Shown: piece by piece, positions 12,708 to 22,363 of the stretch | Numbering within the stretch: the stretch's first letter is position 1 | Layout: every line of letters starts with the position of its first letter | From: Fidelibacterota bacterium | GTDB lineage: Bacteria; Fidelibacterota; Marinisomatia; Marinisomatales; TCS55 | Direction of reading: 5' to 3' | NCBI GenBank assembly: GCA_027251445.1 | Contig: JAPNQO010000024.1 | Location: 1 to 33,600, forward strand | DNA: 33,600 bases | The notes under the pieces: model-generated | Database searches by the model: none | What the model saw: the letters and a program-made list of their open reading frames with translations, nothing else | What the model was told of the DNA's origin: nothing | Program-made: the position numbers and the translations under genes

Positions 12708-13598
12708 TTAATTGATGATATCTCTCAATATTCCATTATGTCTTTCTAATCTCTTTCTTGCTTCATCCAGGGTGCATTTTTTATTGATCATTACAAGTGC
12801 AGTCTTTACTGACATTTCTGCTGATAGTAACATTGCATTACATTCCTCATATTTTAAGTCAGTTAAATCTTGTATGATTCTACTTCCTCTATCAACTAAT
12901 TTTTCATTAACAGCCATTAAATCAACCATCATATTTCCATAAACTTTACCTAATCTAACCATTGTAGCAGTTGAAATCATATTTAGAGCAAGTTTTGTCG
13001 CAGTACCTGCTTTCATTCTTGTGGATCCTGTAATAATCTCAGGTCCTACTTCAATTGAAATAATTAAATCAACATTAGCATTATAAAATGGTTTCTGATT
13101 ACATATTAGATAAATAGTTTTACAATCAAATTTTTTACCGTGATTTAATGCAGTCTGAACATATTTTGCAGCTCCACTTGTACTAATACCAATAATAACA
13201 TCACCACTTTGTATGTTATGTTCATTTAAATCATTAATAGCTGATTCAACCTCATCTTCAGCGCCCTCAATAGATTTTCTCAATGCTAAATCTCCACCTG
13301 CAATAATACCTTGAAACCAATCTTGAGGAGCAGAAAATGTTGGAGGCATTTCTGAAGCATCAAGTACACCTAACCGACCACTTGTGCCAGCCCCAATATA
13401 AAAAACATGTTTTCCAAGCTTAATGGCATCAACACATATATCTACTGCTTTTTCTATTTGAGGGATTGCAGATTTTAAGGCAGAGGATATTTTTGCATCT
13501 TCATTATTAATTTCTTCTAATATTTCTCGAGTTGACATTTTATCAATATTAGAAGATTTAGGATTAGGCTTCTCTGTTGTAAGGTCTCGTCTATCCAT
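12708..13598 (-). CDS. murQ: N-acetylmuramic acid 6-phosphate etherase
   Basis: LTTEKPNP, GAGTSGRLGVLDASE, IEGAED, GPEIITGSTRMKAGTATK, GKVYGNMMVD, NEKLVDRG. Confidence 0.95.
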   Translation of the reverse strand: MDRRDLTTEKPNPKSSNIDKMSTREILEEINNEDAKISSALKSAIPQIEKAVDICVDAIKLGKHVFYIGAGTSGRLGVLDASEMPPTFSAPQDWFQGIIAGGDLALRKSIEGAEDEVESAINDLNEHNIQSGDVIIGISTSGAAKYVQTALNHGKKFDCKTIYLICNQKPFYNANVDLIISIEVGPEIITGSTRMKAGTATKLALNMISTATMVRLGKVYGNMMVDLMAVNEKLVDRGSRIIQDLTDLKYEECNAMLLSAEMSVKTALVMINKKCTLDEARKRLERHNGILRDIIN

Positions 13599-13620
13599 TT
13601 ATAAAATTATTTCTTGATTA

Positions 13621-14991
13621 TTATAAATCCACTTTTGAAAAATATTCTTTTGAGGCACTCATTACTTTAGGAGATAATAAAATTGTTCCTACCATAGTAG
13701 GAATCACCATAAGAGCATAACAACTATCAACAAAATTAACCGCAATATCAATTGTTGATATAGATGCAATGACAATTACTAATATATAAATGTAGTTATA
13801 AAACTTCTTGATTTTACTTCCAAACAAATAACTAGCACATTTTCTTCCATAATAAGAATAACCAAACATCGTTGATAAGCTAAATGTTATCACTGCAACA
13901 AATAGTATTAAACGGCCAAAAATTCCTAATTCCTGTTCAAAAGCCATTACTGTAAGCGTGACTCCATTGCTATCACCCGTGTAAAGACCAGATATTAATA
14001 TAACTAATGCAGTAGTTGTGCATACGATAATTGTATCAATGAATGGTCCAAGCATTGCAACTAATCCTTCTCGCACTGGCTCGCTAGTCTTTGCAGCTCC
14101 ATGAGCCAAAGCTTCAGTTCCAGCTCCGGCTTCATTCGAGAATAAACCTCTTCGAACCCCTAAGATAATCATTGTGCCAATTGCCCCACCCGCAATAGCA
14201 TCTCCAGTAAAAGCATCATAAAGAATATTTGCAAAAATTTGAGGTATTAATGAAATATTTAAAATTAAAATTATTAATGCTGCAAAAAGATAAAGGCCCA
14301 CCATAATAGGAACCAATTTCGAAGCAACTTTAGCTATTCTTTGAATACCTCCAAAAATAACTGAGGCTACAATTAAGGCAATAATTAAACCAGTAATTGC
14401 ATTACCAATAAATGAACTATTAACAAAAATACCTTGGGGAACATATACAAAGTCTCTAATAATTTGAGTTAATTGATTAGCTTGAAAAAAAGTAAAACTA
14501 GCAAACATACCTGCAAAGCTGAAAAAAATTGCCAATGGCTTAAACCTTTTACCTAATCCTTGTTCTATAAAATACATCGGACCACCCTGTATATCACCAT
14601 TATCATCTTTACCTCTAAATAAAACAGCAAGTGTACAAGTAAAAAATTTTGTGCTCATTCCGATAATTGCTGTAACCCACATCCAGAAAATCGCACCAGG
14701 GCCTCCTGTATGTATTGCAATTGCAACTCCTGAAATATTACCCATGCCAACTGTACTGGCTAAAGCACTTGATAAAGCTTCAAAGTGGGAAATTTGGCCT
14801 GGATCATCATCCTTATCAAACTTCCCTGTTAATATTTCTATTGCATGACGAAAATATCTAAAAGGTGTAAAGCGACAATATGCTGTAAAAAAAAGACCAC
14901 CTCCTAATAATAAAACTACTAGAGGTGTTCCCCATAGAATGCCAGCTATATATGACATTGTTTTATCTAGTATATTTACAAACTCACTCAA
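13621..14991 (-). CDS. Alanine/glycine:cation symporter family (AgcS/AlsT) amino-acid carrier
   Basis: ALASTVGMGNISGVAIAI, GGPGAIFWMW, GGPMYFI, RGLFSNEAGAG, GPFIDTIIVC. TTG start. Confidence 0.93.
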   Translation of the reverse strand: MSEFVNILDKTMSYIAGILWGTPLVVLLLGGGLFFTAYCRFTPFRYFRHAIEILTGKFDKDDDPGQISHFEALSSALASTVGMGNISGVAIAIHTGGPGAIFWMWVTAIIGMSTKFFTCTLAVLFRGKDDNGDIQGGPMYFIEQGLGKRFKPLAIFFSFAGMFASFTFFQANQLTQIIRDFVYVPQGIFVNSSFIGNAITGLIIALIVASVIFGGIQRIAKVASKLVPIMVGLYLFAALIILILNISLIPQIFANILYDAFTGDAIAGGAIGTMIILGVRRGLFSNEAGAGTEALAHGAAKTSEPVREGLVAMLGPFIDTIIVCTTTALVILISGLYTGDSNGVTLTVMAFEQELGIFGRLILFVAVITFSLSTMFGYSYYGRKCASYLFGSKIKKFYNYIYILVIVIASISTIDIAVNFVDSCYALMVIPTMVGTILLSPKVMSASKEYFSKVDL

Positions 14992-15090
14992 ACCTAGGTA
15001 TGATTAATAGTTATACAATGTTTCGGGTTATATATTCCGAAATATACATATTATATTGAAATTCAACTGGATAAAAATAATGTTTAAATA
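14992..15090. promoter_or_regulatory. Divergent promoter region between the catabolic operon and lptG, with two inverted repeats
   Basis: 99-nt gap between divergent starts; TTTCGG-N10-CCGAAA at 15021-15042 and TTGAA-A-TTCAA at 15056-15066. Exact -10/-35 elements not assignable in AT-rich DNA. Confidence 0.5.
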
Positions 15091-16182
15091 ATGAAACGTC
15101 TTGATCTATATCTCATTCGACAATTTATCACTATTTTATCAATCTCCATTCTTGGGTTTACAAGTGTCTTCCTAGTTGTTGATTTAATTGAAAATTTAGA
15201 TCGTTTCATTGATAATTCAGTTCCATGGAAAATTGTCTTTAAATATTATTTTTTTACAATTCCATGGTTTTTGAATATTGCACTTCCTATGGCAATGTTA
15301 ATAGCTACAGTATTTAGCGTTGGATTATTGGTAAAAAGAAATGAATGGACAGCCATGAAATCAAGTGGTATAAGTCTTTATCGAATCGCAATACCTTTAA
15401 TAATTATAGGTATAATAGTTAGCTATACTTCTTTTGAATTTGAAAATAATATAGTTAGTAGTGGAAACGAAATACGTTCTCAAATAGAGCAAGAGTATAT
15501 TAAGAGAAAATCTAAAAGAAAATTAAAACATGTTTATAATGATCTTTTCTTACAAAAAAAAGAAAAAACACACATTGCTTTAGGAAAGTATAAGGTTCGA
15601 CAAAAAACTGCTGAACGTGTAACAATTATATCAATGAATAAAGGTATAATTTCAGAACGTATAGATGCAAAAAAGATCACGTGGATAGACACATTAGGTC
15701 AATGGGTAGCATCAGGACATTCGATGAGAAAGTTTGATCAAAATGGCCATGAAAAAGAAGTGATAATTCCTAAATCAGATTCACTAATTCAAATTGATTT
15801 CACACCGGAAGACATATTAAAACAAGGGAAATTACCTGATGAGCTTAATTATAGCGAGCTTAGTGAACGAATTAATCAATTAAAGGAAAATGGTGTAAAT
15901 ACTACTAGATGGGAAGTAAGTAGATACTTTAAAGTTTCTTTTGCTTTTACAAATCTAATCGTTGTTTTATTCGGGCTTCCCCTTGTTGTAATTAAGCCTC
16001 GAGGTGGACTTACATTTGCAGCAGGGATGAGTTTCTTAGTTATTTTTTTCTATTATACATTTATTAAGTTTGGTCAATCACTTGGATTTAAAGGAATTCT
16101 TGAACCATTTACGTCTGCCTGGATAGGAAATATAGTGTTTTCTTTAGGGGGTATAATTCTACTCTTTTTATCCCGAAAGTGA
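15091..16182 (+). CDS. lptG: LPS export ABC transporter permease, LptF/LptG family (LptG-like)
   Basis: MKRLDLYLIRQF, VDLIENLDRFI, LPMAMLIAT, RNEWTAMKSSGISLYR; 3 TM, periplasmic domain, 3 TM; PFTSAWIGN. F versus G assignment is less certain than the family. Confidence 0.85.
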   Translation: MKRLDLYLIRQFITILSISILGFTSVFLVVDLIENLDRFIDNSVPWKIVFKYYFFTIPWFLNIALPMAMLIATVFSVGLLVKRNEWTAMKSSGISLYRIAIPLIIIGIIVSYTSFEFENNIVSSGNEIRSQIEQEYIKRKSKRKLKHVYNDLFLQKKEKTHIALGKYKVRQKTAERVTIISMNKGIISERIDAKKITWIDTLGQWVASGHSMRKFDQNGHEKEVIIPKSDSLIQIDFTPEDILKQGKLPDELNYSELSERINQLKENGVNTTRWEVSRYFKVSFAFTNLIVVLFGLPLVVIKPRGGLTFAAGMSFLVIFFYYTFIKFGQSLGFKGILEPFTSAWIGNIVFSLGGIILLFLSRK

Positions 16183-17706
16183 TTCTTCTGTAGTTTCATT
16201 AATTTCCTGTTTACTAGAATCTTCTAATTCTTCAGTATTATTATTTTCTAATGGTAATGGAGTAGGGCCATCTGTAGTAGACTCAGGTTTCTTTGAGCTA
16301 TCACGACCTTTAAAACTTGTTATTGTTAACTGTAAAGAAAGGTTTAAACCTTGCATTGAATGAATCCAGACACCATTTTTAAAACCAAAACCAAAATCAA
16401 AAATCATGGGACCTGTATGATAGCCAAAGCCTAATCCAAGTTCTTTAAAAGTAGGTCCTCCATAAGCGAAACCTAGTCGAAGAGGAATGTTTGGAAATTT
16501 TAAAAACTCGAATCCAGCTGACCATCTCCAACCTGCATGAGCATATAGTTGATTTCTAAATCCCGTCCATAGGTCAGAACTAAGTATAAAAAGTTCACTA
16601 CTGTATGATATTCCAGCCCTAAATATTGCGGGGTAGCGAGTCTTAAATTCTATTGGATTTCCATCAGAGTCAGTGTTATCAACAGCTTTAAATGGTTCAC
16701 TATTAAAGATATTTGGACTCGATAAACCTGTAGCATTAACGCTATCAATTGTATACTCATAAGCTATAGCTTGCGATTCATTAATTGCAGGAAAACCTAA
16801 AAAAGCAGCTGGATTAAATAAATCATCATTTGTACCCATTACAGCATCAGGCCCTGCGACTAAATCTTTCATCATTCCTTGTTTATTCCATTCAATCGTA
16901 CCTAAAGCATTGATTAGTGATACGCCTGCCTTAAATCCATTATATTCTTTTGTTACAAACCCAAGATCCAGACCAAATCCAGATCCTCCAACACCAAATC
17001 TCATTAAATATTTTCCTGATCCATAAAAGTAATAATCACTTGTAATCATATTTGCAACGCTAGAATCAGGATCAATTCCAAAATAAAATAGACCTTGTAA
17101 ATACTTGGCAGTCAGACCTAAAGCAAATTTGTCATATGGAACAGCAAATGTAAAGCCAACTTCATTTATTCCAAAAACCTCTACATCCAATGTCATATCC
17201 ATTTCTGGACGCTTACCATTACCATAAAATAGAAGTTCTAATATGCCTATAGGAAAAACTAAATTACTCATCCATACTAGATTACTTGTGAACGCCATAT
17301 TCCCAGATGAATAATTTATTATTGGAAGAGGAAGATGAAAATCTTGACTAAACGCTAAACCTCCAGCATCTTCAAACTGTCGAAATAGTTTATCTTTACT
17401 ATCATCTTTTGGATTTCTTGGATTTTCACCCAAAGCATATAAAGTATCACCGCTTAAAGAATTAAGATTCTGTAATGATAAAAAATTTCCAGCAAAACCC
17501 ATATCAAAACCTACAACTTGCATCATAAAGGGCTTATCTTGTTGATAAGCAATCATAGCAGGATTATATCCAACAGCGAAAAATCCATCTGCAATAGTAG
17601 TATACGCATTTGCCATAGCAATAGATCTTGGATCTCTTTTTACTTGGCTAATTATTAAGTCTTGATAAAATAGAAAAACTAAAAATAAATAAATTATTTT
17701 TTTCAT
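16168..17706 (-). CDS. Putative outer-membrane beta-barrel, FadL/PorV-like fold (DUF5723-like), function unknown
   Basis: Signal peptide, then plug-like motif PRSIAMANAYTTIADGFFAVGYNPA; amphipathic Gly/aromatic strands LGLTAKYLQG, GFGLDLG, YPAIFRAGISY, IPLRLGFAYGG, LGLGFGY. Confidence 0.7.
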   Translation of the reverse strand: MKKIIYLFLVFLFYQDLIISQVKRDPRSIAMANAYTTIADGFFAVGYNPAMIAYQQDKPFMMQVVGFDMGFAGNFLSLQNLNSLSGDTLYALGENPRNPKDDSKDKLFRQFEDAGGLAFSQDFHLPLPIINYSSGNMAFTSNLVWMSNLVFPIGILELLFYGNGKRPEMDMTLDVEVFGINEVGFTFAVPYDKFALGLTAKYLQGLFYFGIDPDSSVANMITSDYYFYGSGKYLMRFGVGGSGFGLDLGFVTKEYNGFKAGVSLINALGTIEWNKQGMMKDLVAGPDAVMGTNDDLFNPAAFLGFPAINESQAIAYEYTIDSVNATGLSSPNIFNSEPFKAVDNTDSDGNPIEFKTRYPAIFRAGISYSSELFILSSDLWTGFRNQLYAHAGWRWSAGFEFLKFPNIPLRLGFAYGGPTFKELGLGFGYHTGPMIFDFGFGFKNGVWIHSMQGLNLSLQLTITSFKGRDSSKKPESTTDGPTPLPLENNNTEELEDSSKQEINETTEESLSG

Positions 17707-20700
17707 TTATTAGAGTTTTCAGTGTTATCTATTATTGAATTATTAAGTAATAAATTAATAGGTGATGAATTACGAAAGAACTGCCCACCTGTGATAGTAA
17801 AATACCAGCCGCTTACATCATTTAATTTTGAATTGACTTCTTGAATTCTAATACGGACGCTATCTGCAATTATACTAGGAGTCCAAGGGTAAGATGACAA
17901 ACTATCGCTATTTGTTGCAACATTTGTTGCAATTTCTTGCCATTGATCATCATTTAATTCTGCTCCAAGAGCATAATGTATATTCACATTGCTTACATTA
18001 CCATAAGTCTTAAATTGAATTTCATAATCAGTTCCTGCTAATAAAGCTTCACCTCCATTAGGATAAAGTAAAACTATATCATTTTTGGTTTCACCAAGCA
18101 CACCAGTACTTGCAACTCTAAATGTGATAAAAGATTTTATATCTATTTGATCAAACTTTGAAAAGAATACCGACTGATCTCCTGTTTGATTAAAAGAAAA
18201 TCTAGGTACTGTGTAATGATCGCCATAATCAGTAAGTAGAAATATTCTACTGGTATCTATTACACTCGTATAGGAAGTAATTCCTGGTACAGATACCTGA
18301 CCTGGATTGCCAATTGTTGAAGTATCTGAATAATATTCTTGTGGACTTGGAAGTAATACCCTAAATAAAGTGTCCACATATGATATGACTGTATCTACTG
18401 ATACACCAACGGATCGCTTTACGAGATATTTCATTCCATTAACGCACTGACTAGAATCTGTCATAACATTAAATGAATAAATATCACCCTTTGCAGGACT
18501 TAAGCTATCGCAATTATCCACAATATATAATACATCTGTAGAATCCCAATTATATTTTGTTATCATTGTATCACGAAAAGCAGTCAGCGCATCAGTCGTT
18601 ATGTCCTTTGGAAAATAAGGTTGATCAGATAATAAAATTGCAAAGTCACCACCTACAGGTAAACTATTTTCAACATTGGTGGTTATTTCAGAATGAATTA
18701 ATGAATAGCGAATCTTGTTTCGAGTATCATGGTCAAACTCATCTAATTTGGAAATTCCAGTAGGTGGAATAAAAGGAGGTGCATTCATTGTTACTTCAAA
18801 AGGCATGGTAATTTTAAATGATCCACCAATTTTTTTGGCACTTGCTGAAATACCTCCTGTCCCATCAAGTCTTACATTTGTTTGGGCAATTGCCGATAAA
18901 GGCATTGCTGCAAAAAAGTCTATAATTGAAAACTCACCTGGATTCGGAGGGGTGCTTACACTATCAACAACAGTCCAATTATTAGGAGAATCGTATTTAT
19001 AAATTGAAGTTCCTGATGCATCCCATCGTATAACTGTCTTGACTGAATCTGTTGAAATACTATGATTTTGAGCAAAGTAATCAGGGGTTGCAATCTCTGC
19101 TTGCAATCTAGTTATAACTGATTCACCAGAAGGTTTTGTTCCTAGCATATTTATATCAATTATTAAGGGGATATTTATTTCATTAATTAATTCAAACTCA
19201 AATTTTAATCCCGGAAAACCGATGCCCGACATTTCAGATGGGTACCCTGCAATATCCATTGTATCTGCAGTTAGCTCTTTAAATATATATGCTCTTAATT
19301 CATTAAAATAAAGTGACCCAAAACGAATTGTAACACCAAAACCACCTAAAGATGAATTATCAAGTGGAAGTGTGGCTTTTTGTGTAGGAATAATAACTTG
19401 TAAATCTAATTCTAAAGAACCAATTGCAGAATCTGGGTTGGTTGATTGAAGCGTATGCCCTCTTAAACTAATCTCTTTATTATACGGATCATCAGTATTT
19501 TTAAGTATACGATCAATTAGAACTGGTTCCCCATCTGCTGGCGGAACAAAATTTGGAATATTTAAATAAAATTTCATATCCCAAGGAAATGTACTTTGCA
19601 AGTTAGAAACAGTGAATTTATTTGCACTTAATGGGATACCGGATGTTTCCATTATAGCACTTTTAATTTCCAAAGTAGTTCCCTCAACTTCAGGTAAATT
19701 ACCACCAAAACTTAATTGACTTTTTATTGCCTCCATTTGTTCAGATAAATCAAGATTAACAGAATCAATAGATACTTTAGCATTATCAAAACCTGAGATA
19801 TTAAAGATAAGTTTAAAATCAATATACATTGAATCATTCTCAGTTGGGTATAATGTCACAAAAGTGTCAGGAGGTAATGGTTCTAATTGGAAATAAGATG
19901 TGATTTTTAAGTTTTCTGTTAACCCTTCTCCCTCCAAATCGGTCGTATTATCAAAAATTCCTGCATTTAGAATACCAGATTCTAAAATACTACCAAGTGT
20001 TGTTGTATCATGACTAACAATTGTATCATTTAAAGCGTCTGTCCCTCCAATAAATCGTGAACTATAATTAATTATATTTGTCGGGTAACCGTTATTTATG
20101 ATAGTGGATTTGAATTGGCTTGAAGCTGCTATAAATAATGTATCTATACTTGTAATAATACTCGGTTCTATACCTTCAATTAAAGATGATAAACCAAGAC
20201 TGATAGGATCTAAATTATTTATAGAATCCAATATAGCAGATAATACTGTATTCACTGGCTCAACAAAAAGTTCATTAAACGTTGCTGATTCCATAACCTT
20301 TGTTTCACTAATCGGTAATGAAAATGGTGTAAATTCAGCAACTATTTCTCCAGTAATTGGATTTAATAAATTTGTTGTATCAGGATATATTTCACTATTA
20401 TATATCACTAGCTGTCGGAGATCAATTGGAAGTGTTAATGGCTCAATAGGAATAGAACTCCCATCGATACCTGATATAGGTTCTGGGGGTATATCCTGCT
20501 CAATATATCCTCCTTCAAAGGGTACATACAGATCTGTTGCTTCAGTCCCTACTGGGGGTTCAATATCTCCTTTAAATATTAGCTGAAAACCAACTGAATC
20601 ATCTGTAGGATAAATAAAATTCGTCGTATCAACTAGATTTCCCATTGGAAAGCTCTTTGATACTAAAGGAAGTTTTATATCAATAAACCAGGTAGGAACA

Positions 20701-20822
20701 ACAAATTTACTTGGGCTATCAAAATCACACGAGGACAGAACGAAGATAAGCAAACAAACGAAAATCTTACTTGTTCGTTTGCGAAAGAGATTCAGTAAAC
20801 TGCTGAGGTAATCTCGTTCCAT
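17703..20822 (-). CDS. Large hypothetical lipoprotein (1039 aa) with C-terminal PNGGE-type Ig-like domain
   Basis: Basic N-region, hydrophobic stretch and lipobox LSS-C; beta-rich acidic body; LLYPNGGE...Y.W module near the C-terminus; ATGA overlap with the downstream barrel gene. Confidence 0.75.
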   Translation of the reverse strand: MERDYLSSLLNLFRKRTSKIFVCLLIFVLSSCDFDSPSKFVVPTWFIDIKLPLVSKSFPMGNLVDTTNFIYPTDDSVGFQLIFKGDIEPPVGTEATDLYVPFEGGYIEQDIPPEPISGIDGSSIPIEPLTLPIDLRQLVIYNSEIYPDTTNLLNPITGEIVAEFTPFSLPISETKVMESATFNELFVEPVNTVLSAILDSINNLDPISLGLSSLIEGIEPSIITSIDTLFIAASSQFKSTIINNGYPTNIINYSSRFIGGTDALNDTIVSHDTTTLGSILESGILNAGIFDNTTDLEGEGLTENLKITSYFQLEPLPPDTFVTLYPTENDSMYIDFKLIFNISGFDNAKVSIDSVNLDLSEQMEAIKSQLSFGGNLPEVEGTTLEIKSAIMETSGIPLSANKFTVSNLQSTFPWDMKFYLNIPNFVPPADGEPVLIDRILKNTDDPYNKEISLRGHTLQSTNPDSAIGSLELDLQVIIPTQKATLPLDNSSLGGFGVTIRFGSLYFNELRAYIFKELTADTMDIAGYPSEMSGIGFPGLKFEFELINEINIPLIIDINMLGTKPSGESVITRLQAEIATPDYFAQNHSISTDSVKTVIRWDASGTSIYKYDSPNNWTVVDSVSTPPNPGEFSIIDFFAAMPLSAIAQTNVRLDGTGGISASAKKIGGSFKITMPFEVTMNAPPFIPPTGISKLDEFDHDTRNKIRYSLIHSEITTNVENSLPVGGDFAILLSDQPYFPKDITTDALTAFRDTMITKYNWDSTDVLYIVDNCDSLSPAKGDIYSFNVMTDSSQCVNGMKYLVKRSVGVSVDTVISYVDTLFRVLLPSPQEYYSDTSTIGNPGQVSVPGITSYTSVIDTSRIFLLTDYGDHYTVPRFSFNQTGDQSVFFSKFDQIDIKSFITFRVASTGVLGETKNDIVLLYPNGGEALLAGTDYEIQFKTYGNVSNVNIHYALGAELNDDQWQEIATNVATNSDSLSSYPWTPSIIADSVRIRIQEVNSKLNDVSGWYFTITGGQFFRNSSPINLLLNNSIIDNTENSNK

Positions 20823-20875
20823 TTATAAACGGCTAAAGCCACTGGAAATTCTCTAATTTTCATGAGCTTTACCAC

Positions 20876-20904
20876 AAAAAAAAACCCTGGTTAAAACCAG
20901 GGTT
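20876..20904 (-). terminator. Rho-independent terminator after ahcY
   Basis: AACCCTGGTT (20883-20892) / AACCAGGGTT (20895-20904) inverted repeat, followed on the minus strand by a U run (A run 20876-20884 on +). Confidence 0.88.
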
Positions 20905-20917
20905 AATTTTTAACAGA

Positions 20918-22363
20918 TTAATATCTGTAATGCTCAGGTTTAAATGGCCCAGATTTAGATACACCTATGTAGTCTGCTTGTTCATCAGATAATTCTGTTA
21001 GAGTTACTCCTAAATGACTTAGGTGCAAGCGCGCGACCTCTTCATCAAGTTCCTTTGGCAACATATAGACACCAAGATCTGGTTTATCTTTTACTAATGC
21101 TATTTGAGCTAATACTTGATTAGTAAATGAATTTGACATGACAAAACTAGGATGTCCTGTTGCACAACCAAGATTCATCAAACGTCCCTCCGCAAGCAAA
21201 TATACTGAGTGACCATCATCAAAAGTATATCGATCCACTTGAGGCTTAATAGTATCTCTTTGAACATTTGATGATTCATTTAATTTATCGACCTGTATTT
21301 CATTATCAAAATGACCAATATTGCATATAATTGCCTGATCCTTCATTTTTTGCATATGCTCTAAAGTGATTACATCTCGATTTCCAGTTGCTGATACAAA
21401 AATATTTGTTTCAGAAATAGCTTGTTCAATTGTAACTACCTCATACCCCTCCATTGCAGCTTGAAGAGCACATATAGGGTCAATTTCAGTAACTAAAACT
21501 CTTGCTCCATATCCTCTCATAGATTGGACGCATCCTCTTCCAACGTCTCCATAACCACAAACCAATACAGTTTTTCCTGCGACCATAACATCCATTGAAC
21601 GTTTTAAACCATCTGCTAAAGACTCTCTACAACCATATACATTATCAAACTTAGACTTCGTAACTGAATCATTGACATTATAAGCAGGGAACAACAATGT
21701 TTGATCTTTAGACATTTGTTCTAGTCGGTGCACACCTGTAGTTGTTTCTTCCGAAACTCCAATAATGTTTTTTGCTACTTTATGCCAATGCATTGGATCT
21801 TTTTCTAATACTTCGCGAAGCAAGTTCTCAATAATCTGCTCTTCTTTGATTTTAGTTGTGATCTTAGGTATAGTATTATTTTTTGCATAATATTCTTCTA
21901 ACTCAAATCCCTTATGAATTAGTAATGTTGCATCTCCACCATCATCAACAATTAGATCAGGGCCTTCATTTCCATTAAAAGTAAGCGCTTGTAGTGTACA
22001 CCACCAATATTCCTCTAAACTTTCCCCTTTCCATGCAAAAACAGGTACGCCCGTTTCAGCTATACAAGCAGCCGCATGATCTTGTGTTGAAAAAATATTG
22101 CAACTTGCCCAACGAACTTCAGCGCCCAATTCAACAAGAGTTTCAATTAACACCGCTGTCTCAACAGTCATATGCAACGAACCAGTAAGCTTTTTCCCAG
22201 ACAATGGCTTGTTTGCTCCATACTTTTTTCTAGTTGCCATCAGACCGGGCATTTCTTTTTCTGCAATATCTAGATCTTTACGACCATCTTCAGAAAGACT
22301 TATATCAGCTACTTTATAATCTATATCTTCAACAATTCTTTTAATTTTGGTTAATGTTTCCAT
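20918..22363 (-). CDS. ahcY: S-adenosyl-L-homocysteine hydrolase (long form with catalytic-domain insertion)
   Basis: [86 protein letters not shown]. Confidence 0.98.
   Translation of the reverse strand: METLTKIKRIVEDIDYKVADISLSEDGRKDLDIAEKEMPGLMATRKKYGANKPLSGKKLTGSLHMTVETAVLIETLVELGAEVRWASCNIFSTQDHAAACIAETGVPVFAWKGESLEEYWWCTLQALTFNGNEGPDLIVDDGGDATLLIHKGFELEEYYAKNNTIPKITTKIKEEQIIENLLREVLEKDPMHWHKVAKNIIGVSEETTTGVHRLEQMSKDQTLLFPAYNVNDSVTKSKFDNVYGCRESLADGLKRSMDVMVAGKTVLVCGYGDVGRGCVQSMRGYGARVLVTEIDPICALQAAMEGYEVVTIEQAISETNIFVSATGNRDVITLEHMQKMKDQAIICNIGHFDNEIQVDKLNESSNVQRDTIKPQVDRYTFDDGHSVYLLAEGRLMNLGCATGHPSFVMSNSFTNQVLAQIALVKDKPDLGVYMLPKELDEEVARLHLSHLGVTLTELSDEQADYIGVSKSGPFKPEHYRY

Noticed and set aside
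15034..15061. dif-like 11-6-11 sequence ATTCCGAAATA-TACATA-TTATATTGAAA
   Set aside because: Only partial similarity to XerC/XerD arms; the inner TAA of the left arm is broken, the DNA is very AT-rich, and gene orientation does not switch around it. A dif profile search and genome GC-skew plot would settle it.
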